Shown: positions 54,524 to 62,858, numbered from the stretch's first letter. The stretch: 64,000 nt of DNA from a virus (IMGVR_UViG_3300014205_000228:1734-65733), one strand, 5' to 3'. The notes: generated by a model not told the origin, from the letters alone. Translations and numbers: made by a program.

Positions 54524-56371
54524 TTAGAACCCCCTCGGTTGTGCAGTTTGGTTATCCTTAAAGTACTGAGGACCAAACTGATTAGCGCCGATGCCAAGGG
54601 CAGTCAGAGGGGCAAGTCCGTAGATGGGGTAGCGGGATGGAGTCTGACGGGTAATGGGGATGAAAGGGACCTTCATATTTTCTAACTTCTTTTTAAAGTG
54701 CTGGGAAAAAACCTCACCTTCTCCAGGAGCAACAGAATGAGATAAATCAAGTTCTCCAACCTCAGCCTTTCCATACTTCTTAAACAGACTCGGAATCCTT
54801 ACGTCATACAGACTCTTCAGACCCTCCCCACCTATCTCGAGGTCGAGACCTTCATATTTTATAAATGATCCAATTTCTTGCTTGTCTGTATCAACAATAA
54901 TTTTAGCAGCTAAGGTTTTTCCCACTGTATCAGCCAATTTTTCCTTGGGTACATCCTGCTGAATCACACGTTCTCCGCCTTTAAGTCCATTAATTTGATA
55001 GTGGTAATTATCTTTATAACCGAACTTACTTACCTGCACAGTGTCAAGTTGCTTCGCCAAAGAATACCTATCCGCCTGCATTTTCCCCGGCGTCCAAGCA
55101 ACTCCATCATACCCATTCTCTTTAGCATAAGCCAGAATCCGTTTCACTCCGATGTCGTAGATACGTTCTTGAAGGGCAGGAGGCATCTTGCCTTGCTCAC
55201 CTTCAATGACTTTCTCAACAGCAGTCGGAGGCACACCAAATTTCTTTGCTGCTAAAAGTGCCTCTTCTTTTGTATCAAACTTATGTACAGTCGAACCCCA
55301 CTTTGATCCGTCTGTATTTGGTCCTAAGAAGGAATACTTCTGATCTCCCTGCGGTCCCTGAATCTCCTCAACAAAGAGAATCTTCTTCTTTCCAAGATCT
55401 AAAGACTTGCTACCCTGTAATTTGTTGTACTCACTCACTAGTTGCGTCCACTCAGGAGTATCGTATGTCGCAAGTGACTCCGTATTACCTTTACCTTCCA
55501 ACATGCCATCCATCTGCTTCTTAACTTCTTCGAGTCGATTCTCAGCTACAGAGTTACCTCCTATTATTCTATCATTAAAGCGAATTCGGACAATGGGGTT
55601 CTGGATGTTGTTGTAAGGAGTGTGACCGTCTTTCCATTGCCCTTTGATATCATTAGACATATAGTCAGTTGCCAGTTCATCCGTAATACCAAGATGTTCC
55701 TGTAAACGTTGCTGACTTGCAATACGTTCTCGCGCAGGTAACATCATATTATCTATGTCTTGTAATCCTTTTGTGAACTGAAGATACTTATCATCTTTAC
55801 CAACAGAAGGAGCCGTAACAAACATCTCCCGATAGGAACCTTCCTTGGCTCCGGGGGCTACCCAGGTTGAGTAGTGGGTTGGTTTTGTAAGTTCAGTCGG
55901 ATGGTTAATATCCTTCCAACGCATGATGTTATGCCTGGCCTGTTCTTGAGCAAACTGTTGTGCTTCTAAGTCACTGTAAGTGCCTACAGACTTAAGATTG
56001 TCATACGCATCCTTAAAAAACTCCTCAAACTTACTATCAAGTGTCTCTGCGGAGACAGGATTTAATGTTCTTTCAGGAGCACCAAGCACAACATCCTCAG
56101 TCTTAATTCCTCTTTCCCCAATCCTATCCACAACCTGTTGCCTAGACACAGTCCCACTCAACCCGCCCAAGGTATCTCCAACCTCGTCAACAGTCACACC
56201 TTTGTTCAACAAGGTCTTATTCAACTGCCTCGAGTCCATCTTACCAAAGTTAGTTCCTCTCACCACATCTGCCAGTTTGGAGAACAGTCCAGGCTGTTCT
56301 TCGACAAACTTGCCAAAGGTCGGGGCAGTCTCAGATGCGAGGTTCTTAACTATGGTGGAGGCGATTCCCAT
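54524..56371 (-). CDS. protein resembling a module of phage large polyvalent/ejection proteins
   Basis: RIRFNDR...ILFVEEIQ...KRILAYAKENGYDGVAWTPG.MQADRY...GLKSLYD..IP. Confidence 0.7.
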   Translation of the reverse strand: MGIASTIVKNLASETAPTFGKFVEEQPGLFSKLADVVRGTNFGKMDSRQLNKTLLNKGVTVDEVGDTLGGLSGTVSRQQVVDRIGERGIKTEDVVLGAPERTLNPVSAETLDSKFEEFFKDAYDNLKSVGTYSDLEAQQFAQEQARHNIMRWKDINHPTELTKPTHYSTWVAPGAKEGSYREMFVTAPSVGKDDKYLQFTKGLQDIDNMMLPARERIASQQRLQEHLGITDELATDYMSNDIKGQWKDGHTPYNNIQNPIVRIRFNDRIIGGNSVAENRLEEVKKQMDGMLEGKGNTESLATYDTPEWTQLVSEYNKLQGSKSLDLGKKKILFVEEIQGPQGDQKYSFLGPNTDGSKWGSTVHKFDTKEEALLAAKKFGVPPTAVEKVIEGEQGKMPPALQERIYDIGVKRILAYAKENGYDGVAWTPGKMQADRYSLAKQLDTVQVSKFGYKDNYHYQINGLKGGERVIQQDVPKEKLADTVGKTLAAKIIVDTDKQEIGSFIKYEGLDLEIGGEGLKSLYDVRIPSLFKKYGKAEVGELDLSHSVAPGEGEVFSQHFKKKLENMKVPFIPITRQTPSRYPIYGLAPLTALGIGANQFGPQYFKDNQTAQPRGF

Positions 56372-56866
56372 CAAAAACTCCCCTTACATTCTAACAACAA
56401 AGTACACTACACTCATGATCTAAACTACCGTATCACAAATAATTTCAGAAGTCAATCTTTTTCTGTCAAGAAACACAGAATATATTTCTACTAAAATCAT
56501 AAAAACCCAACGAAATCAACACGTTAGGACTCGTTCAAAACACCCCGTACAACGCCCAGAATTGACCGTGGTGACACGATCTCTTTCCAAGTGACCCGTA
56601 ATACACCAACGAAGAAAGATTGGTGCTGAGGCTCGTTTTCATTCTAATATTATTTGATAAGGTGAGTCAGTCCAAGTTAAAATTTTTAACTTTCTGTGTA
56701 GAGCGGCAGGTCCATTCTGAATTCCAATAGTGATTGAGGGTCGCTGGAATGGGATACCAAATCAGTTTCGTCCAATCTTTGGACCAATCTTAATGGTTGA
56801 TTGGTCTAAGGTCCAAGTTAAAAAATACCTTTTGTATAAAAAGGAGCTCGTCTTTCAACAGTCATA

Positions 56867-56910
56867 GGGGTGGTATGGGGGCTCATGGGGGGGGGGTCTG
56901 TCCATTGGGG
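56867..56910 (+). other. G-run cluster (G-quadruplex-capable)
   Basis: G4-TGGTAT-G5-CTCAT-G10-TCTGTCCATT-G4. Confidence 0.6.
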
Positions 56911-56944
56911 AAGATGTTGTTATGCCATACCTAACATATGTCAG

Positions 56945-57180
56945 TATATTGACGCCCTGCAGTTTGGGACAGGTTTATTGACGCCAGCATTGACATGAAC
57001 CACCGTTATACAGCCTCGACATTATTGTCGAAGGTTCGACATTTATTGCCACCTCGTAACGTGTTGATATTGTTATGTTTATTGTTGAAGTTGACATAAC
57101 ATTCGACATTCATTGCCTGACCATATTGACATGAACCTGTGTCATTATTGATATAACGTCTAACCTGTTGATATTGTTTA
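56945..57180. repeat. array of TTGAC/TCGAC/TTGAT variants
   Basis: About 11 copies, including ATTGACATGAACC x2 and GTTGATATTGTT x2. Confidence 0.55.
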
Positions 57181-57209
57181 TGTTTATTTATTTCGTCACA
57201 TTGGAGCTT

Positions 57210-57237
57210 TTGGCACGGACCTCGCAATGTATATAAT
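57210..57237 (+). promoter_or_regulatory. early promoter candidate
   Basis: TTGGCA-N16-TATAAT. Confidence 0.4.
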
Positions 57238-57441
57238 TAACCGGGAAACATTACCGGCCAGGTTTTTGGTGGACGAGGTTTATTCCTCCAGGTGAATATG
57301 GTTATTAGCCTGATTCGATATCACAAAAACCTGTTCATTGACAAACCGTATAACGTGCCAGCGGATACGGCATATAATGAAAATGGATTATGCTTTCCGT
57401 AATGCCTCCCATATCATCTATATTGATAAAGGAGACACAAA

Positions 57442-57966
57442 ATGGAAACAAACGGAATCACATCCGAAGTAGCGGCGCAGGTTATTGCAGAGCGCAAAAA
57501 GGCCAGTCATGTTTATGACACAAAGACCATGACTGTTGTTGCCTTCGGTGGACACAAGTTTACCTACAATAGGTATGAGAAGGAAATTGCCGAGCTTGCT
57601 GAAATTCAGCCAATTCCCGATGAAATCCTGTTGTTCTGCCTGAAGGGATTTATTGACGACCTGCAGGACTGTACGACCAGCATCAAAAAGGGCGATTACA
57701 ACAAGACTCCCGAGGGTGAGGATATGTACAGGATTGACTGCCTCGCCAAACGTAGAGAACTGGAAGGCCATATCAATGCAGGAACACGACCTGCCAGGGT
57801 AAACGCAACAGCAGACCCGGACACGGCTATCATGAAGGCCAAGGTCAAAGAACTGAAGACCTCGTTCGATTACAAACAACTGGCAGCAATGAAGCTTTTG
57901 GGGCTGCCGATGACAGTGGAGCAGAAAGCGAAGCTCGCAGAGTTCGAGCAGGAAATCAACGGTTAA
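57442..57966 (+). CDS. first early gene, hypothetical
   Basis: AAGGAG RBS; GC-richer codon usage; C-terminal MKLLGL. Confidence 0.75.
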   Translation: METNGITSEVAAQVIAERKKASHVYDTKTMTVVAFGGHKFTYNRYEKEIAELAEIQPIPDEILLFCLKGFIDDLQDCTTSIKKGDYNKTPEGEDMYRIDCLAKRRELEGHINAGTRPARVNATADPDTAIMKAKVKELKTSFDYKQLAAMKLLGLPMTVEQKAKLAEFEQEING

Positions 57967-58013
57967 TTAACCTGGGAGGCATCGTGGACAGCATAATTCA
58001 AAACACCCAGTAT

Positions 58014-58030
58014 CGTCCAATTAATGGACG
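58014..58030. promoter_or_regulatory. 17-bp palindromic operator-like site (best-conserved copy; 11 sites plus one half-site in window)
   Basis: CGTCCAA-TTA-ATGGACG; see findings for other coordinates. Confidence 0.65.
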
Positions 58031-58060
58031 TATCTGACAAACAAGAAAGGAGACAAAGAA

Positions 58061-58222
58061 ATGCCAGAGTATAAAGTAGGAGATATTGTTACCTTTAAGA
58101 CTCCGGTCATGGGAACAATAGAAAAGGTTGAGGTGTTCAACGGAAGAACCATATACACAATATTAGCGACTCCAATAGCTTGGCAGTGCTATGAAGAACA
58201 TATTATATATAAGCACGAATAA
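58061..58222 (+). CDS. small hypothetical protein (not in ORF track)
   Basis: MPEYKVGDIVTF...; AAGGAG RBS. Confidence 0.55.
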   Translation: MPEYKVGDIVTFKTPVMGTIEKVEVFNGRTIYTILATPIAWQCYEEHIIYKHE

Positions 58223-58429
58223 AGAAGTGTAAGTTTCGTCCAATTCCGCACTCTGGGGGTTTCGATAGATACGTGGTCAAGCCAACGCTGGTTAGTTACC
58301 AAGCATAGTAGCGTAATACAAGAAAGGAGACAACAAGATGCTCAAGCGAGTAGTAGGAGACTACTGCCTATTGGCAGTAATCTTCGCAGCATTTTACATT
58401 CTTATCAGCTTAATGTAAGGAGAAAACTA

Positions 58430-58594
58430 ATGCCAGAACTCAACCAGCAAATCATAGAGACCAGCGAGCGAATCATAACCTCCCTCATCCAAGACTTCTT
58501 GGTGAAGGGGACTGAATCAGACGAAGAGACTGACCTCGTCTTCGAGACCATCTCAACACTGGACGGACTGATCGAAGCAGTGCAGGAGTGCTAA
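58430..58594 (+). CDS. small acidic protein (not in ORF track)
   Basis: MPELNQQIIE...; AAGGAG RBS; followed by terminator. Confidence 0.55.
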   Translation: MPELNQQIIETSERIITSLIQDFLVKGTESDEETDLVFETISTLDGLIEAVQEC

Positions 58595-58600
58595 CCTTAA

Positions 58601-58635
58601 AAGACCTCAGTTGCTATTAAAGAACTGAGGTTTTT
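58601..58635 (+). terminator. intrinsic terminator
   Basis: CCTCAGTT/AACTGAGG stem plus T tract. Confidence 0.7.
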
Positions 58636-58654
58636 CTGTGTTAGTTCCTCCAGT

Positions 58655-59020
58655 ATTAAATTGTAATTTGTACGTTGTAATTTGTAACCAGTATCACTAG
58701 GACATGCCGTAGTAATTTCCAGTCTTTGGTTTTTAAGGTAATTGAATTAGGTAAGTCTTTATGTTTTAATTAGTTCACTGTCTGTTCTTTAGAAAAAAAA
58801 ATTATAAAAAAAAAATAGACTAAGAAGAGATAGACTAATAATACCCAACAACGAGAACCATCCAACAATTGGACGATACTTAATGTAAGTAAGCTAAACG
58901 AGAACACTGTAAATTACTACGACACCCCCTAGCCATACAGGTTACATGTTACAACATACAATTTTACTACATACAGCAAAACAACATACAATTTACAGAT
59001 ATTAAAATAATTACAATTTC
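58655..59020. repeat. long imperfect inverted repeat around an A-tract (origin-like)
   Basis: CGTAGTAATTT 58708-58718 / AAATTACTACG 58911-58921, continuing outward through GTAACCAGTATCACTAGG / CCTAGCCATACAGGTTAC. Confidence 0.65.
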
Positions 59021-59033
59021 TAACATATTTAGC

Positions 59034-59062
59034 TTGTGTTCTAACAAAAAACGTGGTATGCT
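59034..59062 (+). promoter_or_regulatory. sigma70-type promoter with extended -10
   Basis: TTGTGT-N17-TATGCT, TG at -15/-14. Confidence 0.5.
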
Positions 59063-59131
59063 GTTTTTAACAAGGTTGGAGAACCTCAACCCCCGACCAC
59101 GATAACTTAACAATTGAGAGGTGAAAAGATA

Positions 59132-59491
59132 ATGCAGCATATAGAGAAATTCCTTGAGTCAATCAAGACCGGAAATACTAATAGGAGTCTATTGATTTCG
59201 TGCTCCTCAAAGGAGAACCAGGAATCCAAAAGGACTTCGCTGTTTTATAAGAGAGGAAAGCTACCTGAGTTTATGGCTGCTCTGGTAGGGATAAGAAAAA
59301 AGGAAGTTGATGGGGAGTATTTTGTTGAGCTATTCCCCCGAGGCCAGGAAACCTGTTATTTTTTAGAAGATGGCATTCTCACTCCAATAGTTAAAGAATC
59401 TGATGAAAAGAGCAGGATGCGAATGCTTATGGAGAAGGATGGTATTTCCGCAGAGGAAATAGAAAAAACTTTAAATGAAATGGAAGATTAA
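59132..59491 (+). CDS. hypothetical protein, paralogous to 1724-2143
   Basis: GAGGTG RBS; shared C-terminal motif. Confidence 0.7.
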   Translation: MQHIEKFLESIKTGNTNRSLLISCSSKENQESKRTSLFYKRGKLPEFMAALVGIRKKEVDGEYFVELFPRGQETCYFLEDGILTPIVKESDEKSRMRMLMEKDGISAEEIEKTLNEMED

Positions 59492-59494
59492 GTC

Positions 59495-59770
59495 ATGCCA
59501 AATGAACCTGGAGATTTATTTAACTCTATAAATCTTAAAAGAGCAGAAGAACGAAGGCTTGCTATTATTGAAGAACTAACTTCATATCACGAAGCAATTA
59601 ATGAAATCGTAGCAAAGCTTAGTAATCAGTATATTGATACTGATGCATACATGCTTTATGTTAAGAGTAATATGGAAACATTGCTGCTTCGTATGCACAG
59701 TACAGAGGCCAAGATAAATAGAAATATTAAGTATGTGTCTGCTAAACAATTGCTTGCAACAATTAAATAA
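59495..59770 (+). CDS. hypothetical protein
   Basis: ORF in early operon. Confidence 0.6.
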   Translation: MPNEPGDLFNSINLKRAEERRLAIIEELTSYHEAINEIVAKLSNQYIDTDAYMLYVKSNMETLLLRMHSTEAKINRNIKYVSAKQLLATIK

Positions 59771-59779
59771 AGGAATAAA

Positions 59780-60055
59780 ATGACAAAACTCAAAGAATTT
59801 ACAACCTACAAATATGTCCGCCTATCCACTGACGAGTTACGATTCACTAAAGCCCTGCCCAATGGTAAGCAGCATAAGGAGCTGGTCGGAGAAGAAGAGG
59901 TAGCTGTCTCTGCAGGACTGATTCTAGTGTTAATGACCACCTTTAATGTAATAGATACTGGTAGTGTCAGTCTTAAGATAAACGGTTCACTTGATGATGA
60001 TGTGATACTGATTGAGAAAGAGACAAAGATGATGTTTAATAAGAGGTGTACCTAA
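59780..60055 (+). CDS. hypothetical protein
   Basis: AAGGA RBS. Confidence 0.6.
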   Translation: MTKLKEFTTYKYVRLSTDELRFTKALPNGKQHKELVGEEEVAVSAGLILVLMTTFNVIDTGSVSLKINGSLDDDVILIEKETKMMFNKRCT

Positions 60056-60348
60056 TGGTAAAAGACTATTTTGATGATGTACCAAGTGTATTACGCACAC
60101 TAGCTAGTAGAAAATACTACATAGCATACTTTGACGGCTACAATGGATTATCTCACTGTGACGTAGGAGGATGCTTTGGTAAACTTACTGAAGAAGTATT
60201 AAGTGAGATGGTAGCCAAAGGATTTCTTTTCAGGAAACCTAATGGTACTTTGGTTAAAGGACCTCCTTGGGATTATATCTTAACATGGGAGGGTGAGCGC
60301 GAAGCTGCTGCTGTTTATTATACTCTAAAAAGAGTTGAGCAATCATAA
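60055..60348 (+). CDS. hypothetical protein
   Basis: TAATG coupling; GAGGTG RBS. Confidence 0.6.
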   Translation: MVKDYFDDVPSVLRTLASRKYYIAYFDGYNGLSHCDVGGCFGKLTEEVLSEMVAKGFLFRKPNGTLVKGPPWDYILTWEGEREAAAVYYTLKRVEQS

Positions 60349-60398
60349 GATATTAAAACATAAGCCAACATATACCATTGTTGACTGATGTATTTTAA

Positions 60399-60427
60399 TT
60401 GACATCTACCTTTGGATATGGTATAAT
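60399..60427 (+). promoter_or_regulatory. consensus sigma70 promoter
   Basis: TTGACA-N17-TATAAT with extended TG. Confidence 0.85.
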
Positions 60428-60455
60428 TACTCATACAATGGTAAAGGATACAGTG

Positions 60456-60650
60456 ATGATTAAGAAGATAATAAATGTTTTAGTCATCGTCGGCGGTTTA
60501 TCAATTATAATAACATTAATTAGCTTATTTGATTATAGCCATAAGTATGACACGATCCTTAAAGTAGAATGTGAGCAAAAGGGTGGAACCTTTGTACAGG
60601 CAAGAGATCCGTTATATGTATGTGTCAAGACTATTAAGTTATCAAAGTAA
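60456..60650 (+). CDS. small membrane protein
   Basis: One TM segment; start moved downstream of promoter and AAGGA RBS. Confidence 0.6.
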   Translation: MIKKIINVLVIVGGLSIIITLISLFDYSHKYDTILKVECEQKGGTFVQARDPLYVCVKTIKLSK

Positions 60651-60660
60651 TGTTAATAAT

Positions 60661-60737
60661 CCGAGTATAGCGCAGTCTGGCAGCGTATCTGGCCTGGGAC
60701 CAGAGGGTCGGAGGTTCAAATCCTCCTACTCGGACCA
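60661..60737 (+). tRNA. trnP: tRNA-Pro (UGG)
   Basis: Full cloverleaf CCGAGTA/TACTCGG, anticodon loop CC-TGG-GA, T-arm GGAGG-TTCAAAT-CCTCC, A73, encoded CCA. Confidence 0.92.
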
Positions 60738-60759
60738 AATTTAAAGATTTGTACAATTA

Positions 60760-60900
60760 TTGGACGGTTCTTGAATGAGGGTGGCGGAATAGAAGACGCT
60801 AAGGCAAGCTCGCAGCCCGTGGCCTTGCAAAACCGAGAGCAGTTAACGGGGTAAGCTCATACAGGTATCGAATCCTGTTCCGAGTTTAAGAATCGTTCAA
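60760..60900 (+). ncRNA. tRNA-like RNA, copy B (8-nt T-loop, 16-bp outer stem)
   Basis: TGGCGGAATAGAAGACGC D-arm; T-arm ACAGG-TATCGAAT-CCTGT; AAGGC/GCCTT and GAGC/GCTC arms; outer stem TTGGACGGTTCTTGAA/TTTAAGAATCGTTCAA. Confidence 0.7.
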
Positions 60901-60903
60901 TAA

Positions 60904-61110
60904 ATGAACAAATCTTTGTTTGAAAGAAGAAGCATAGTGTGTAAATACTGTAATACAAAAGAAGATAAAAAGATGTGCCTTAAACGAATAGTAGATCCAC
61001 AACATCCTAATGGTATTAAGCTCATATGTACACGCGTTATAGGTCACGACGGACCTTGTATAGCATGTGGTGTTATTACGCACAACCTGACAGGCGTAAA
61101 GGAAGATTAA
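60904..61110 (+). CDS. small Cys/His-rich protein
   Basis: CKYC, CTR..GHDGPCIAC. Confidence 0.55.
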   Translation: MNKSLFERRSIVCKYCNTKEDKKMCLKRIVDPQHPNGIKLICTRVIGHDGPCIACGVITHNLTGVKED

Positions 61111-61151
61111 CCACGATTCAGTTTACCCTTAACAAGAAAGGAGTATGAATT

Positions 61152-61310
61152 ATGCGGAAGATAAATGAAGGTAAGGTTAGACACTTTCTTAAGGACGCAG
61201 ATCCGAAGTTCCTTGCGGCCTGCAAAAGTGTAAACCTCCCGCCCACCCGACGACAAGCTTCCAAATGGCTTTCAGGACTTGGTAAAGCCTGGAAAGAAGG
61301 GAGGTCTTAA
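61152..61310 (+). CDS. small conserved phage protein (not in ORF track)
   Basis: FLAACKSVNLPPTRRQASKW; AAGGAG RBS. Confidence 0.6.
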   Translation: MRKINEGKVRHFLKDADPKFLAACKSVNLPPTRRQASKWLSGLGKAWKEGRS

Positions 61311-61311
61311 G

Positions 61312-61605
61312 ATGAAGAAAACAAAGATCTATGAAGGCGTAGTGGTTCCTCTATCCAAGGTCAATCTGTTTCGTGATGCGGATGGTAAGTTGCACGTACT
61401 GCACTGTAACTGCTTTGGTAAAGATCATTGGATAAAGACTGACAGCAGTAAAAATAACTATACTTTTCCTTTAGAATTCGATGCTTGTCCTGGGTGTGGT
61501 ATGCATCCCTGGTATTTTGTAGAAAAAATGTGCTCTGATGACTTTTTTCGTAAACACTCACCTATATGGGCAGGTACATCTAAGCATAAGGAGGCATTAA
61601 GATGA
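61312..61605 (+). CDS. hypothetical protein
   Basis: GGAGG RBS before ATG 61312; CPGCG. Confidence 0.6.
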   Translation: MKKTKIYEGVVVPLSKVNLFRDADGKLHVLHCNCFGKDHWIKTDSSKNNYTFPLEFDACPGCGMHPWYFVEKMCSDDFFRKHSPIWAGTSKHKEALR

Positions 61606-61943
61606 AGCTATCTACTCCAACAAGAGAAAACCACGAAGCACTGTGGAATTGGTTGGCTAAGAATCCCACCAAAGAAAAGTGGGATTGGCCAGGATTTGCT
61701 ACTATGCAAAAGTTAGACCTACCACATCCACACTTAAGCTGCTTCCTTTGTGAAGACCCTATAATGGGGTGCAGCAAAGGCGGTAGTAATTGTCCTCTTC
61801 TTTCATGTATGGATAGTCCAGGAGCATATAAGCGTTGGAATGACGCTATTGATCCTATTATTCGCAGTAGATTAGCAATTATCATTGCAAACTGCTTTAA
61901 TATCCCTGTGACAAGAGCGGCGGTGGACAATGTCAATACTTAA
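61602..61943 (+). CDS. Cys-rich hypothetical protein
   Basis: HEALWNWLA, CFLC, CPL. Confidence 0.65.
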   Translation: MKLSTPTRENHEALWNWLAKNPTKEKWDWPGFATMQKLDLPHPHLSCFLCEDPIMGCSKGGSNCPLLSCMDSPGAYKRWNDAIDPIIRSRLAIIIANCFNIPVTRAAVDNVNT

Positions 61944-62118
61944 ACGAATAAATGTCTTTGACCTGCGTGAGGTATATCTGGCTGACCAAAGGAAATATTG
62001 CAAAAGCTTATACAAACCTCCGATGTCCCCTAACACAGTAAGACCGAGATCAGAACGAAGAGGAGAAGTTTTAATCAGATTTTCTTCTCTAAAAGAAGAT
62101 TGCGTTAGGATTAACTAA
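61930..62118 (+). CDS. small protein whose 3' end is duplicated downstream
   Basis: RSERRGEVLIRFS recurs as RAERRGDVIIRFS at 62851. Confidence 0.55.
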   Translation: MSILKRINVFDLREVYLADQRKYCKSLYKPPMSPNTVRPRSERRGEVLIRFSSLKEDCVRIN

Positions 62119-62148
62119 CAAAAATAAGGTTAAACTAATATTATTTCC

Positions 62149-62187
62149 TTGCTTTACTTGGAATTATATGATATGATAATTTTATCA
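62149..62187 (+). promoter_or_regulatory. promoter with palindromic operator over the -10
   Basis: TTGCTT-N17-TATGAT; TGATAA-TT-TTATCA 62174-62187. Confidence 0.65.
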
Positions 62188-62206
62188 AAATAAAGGAGGA
62201 AATAAT

Positions 62207-62359
62207 ATGAAATTTATTCAGGCATGGTTAACAGTAGAAGAGAAAATTAGAGCAAAGAAAGTAGCCTTAGATCTTCGCTTAGAAGATAGAGAATTTGCAA
62301 GACAAGCAATTCTTGAAAAATGCGATAGGGAGGAGGCTAAGAAAAATGAAGGAAATTAA
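62207..62359 (+). CDS. 50-aa ribbon-helix-helix-like regulator (not in ORF track)
   Basis: MKFIQAWLTVEEKIRAKKVALDLRLEDREFARQAILEK; AAGGAGG RBS; overlaps HNH start. Confidence 0.55.
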   Translation: MKFIQAWLTVEEKIRAKKVALDLRLEDREFARQAILEKCDREEAKKNEGN

Positions 62360-62858
62360 ACTAACACAGGGCCTGCGTACTATAGTCGATGACTGGTGGT
62401 ATAACTATCTTAATCAGTTTAAATGGTATGCAAATGTAGTAAGACATAACAGAAATCAATATTACGCTGATAGAACTGTAATATACGAAGGAAAACAAGT
62501 TCATATTCCTATGCATAGACTTATTATGAGTACACCAGATAATTTATTTGTGGATCATATTAATGGTCTTAAATGGGATAATAGAGAAGACAATTTAAGA
62601 AATTGCACGTCATCACAGAATCTTCAAAATATGAGATCACTAGATAATTGTAAAGGAGTTTCTTATAATAAGAGTCGTAATATGTTTAATGTTAGCTGCA
62701 GGTTAAAGGGGAAAGCTTATTTCTGTGGATCTTACGAGACACTTATAGAAGCAGCGATAGCTTATAACAGTAGCGCACTTAAATTGTTTGGTAAGTTTGC
62801 TAAATTAAACAATATAGAAACTTTAGTAGAATCTATAAAACATCGAACCACGAGCTGA
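62346..62858 (+). CDS. HNH homing endonuclease with AP2 domain
   Basis: PMHRLIM...VDHINGLKWDNREDNLR; EAAIAYN..ALKLFGKFA; start moved to ATG 62346 after GGAGGAGG. Confidence 0.9.
   Translation: MKEIKLTQGLRTIVDDWWYNYLNQFKWYANVVRHNRNQYYADRTVIYEGKQVHIPMHRLIMSTPDNLFVDHINGLKWDNREDNLRNCTSSQNLQNMRSLDNCKGVSYNKSRNMFNVSCRLKGKAYFCGSYETLIEAAIAYNSSALKLFGKFAKLNNIETLVESIKHRTTS

Noticed and set aside
21737-56374. Numerous + strand ORFs in the late block and - strand ORFs in the early blocks
   Set aside because: Antisense shadows of well-supported genes, without RBS or recognisable motifs.
57210-57226. Sigma54 promoter (TGGCAC-N5-TCGCA)
   Set aside because: One mismatch in the -12 element, and a sigma70-type reading with TATAAT explains it equally well.
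60399-60455. TTG start for ORF 60399-60650
   Set aside because: The TTG is the -35 of a consensus promoter; the real start is downstream.
254-60766. CRISPR array from the CGTCCAA repeats
   Set aside because: Copies are dispersed and degenerate, with no regular spacers and no cas operon; the Cas4-like nuclease sits in a recombination module.
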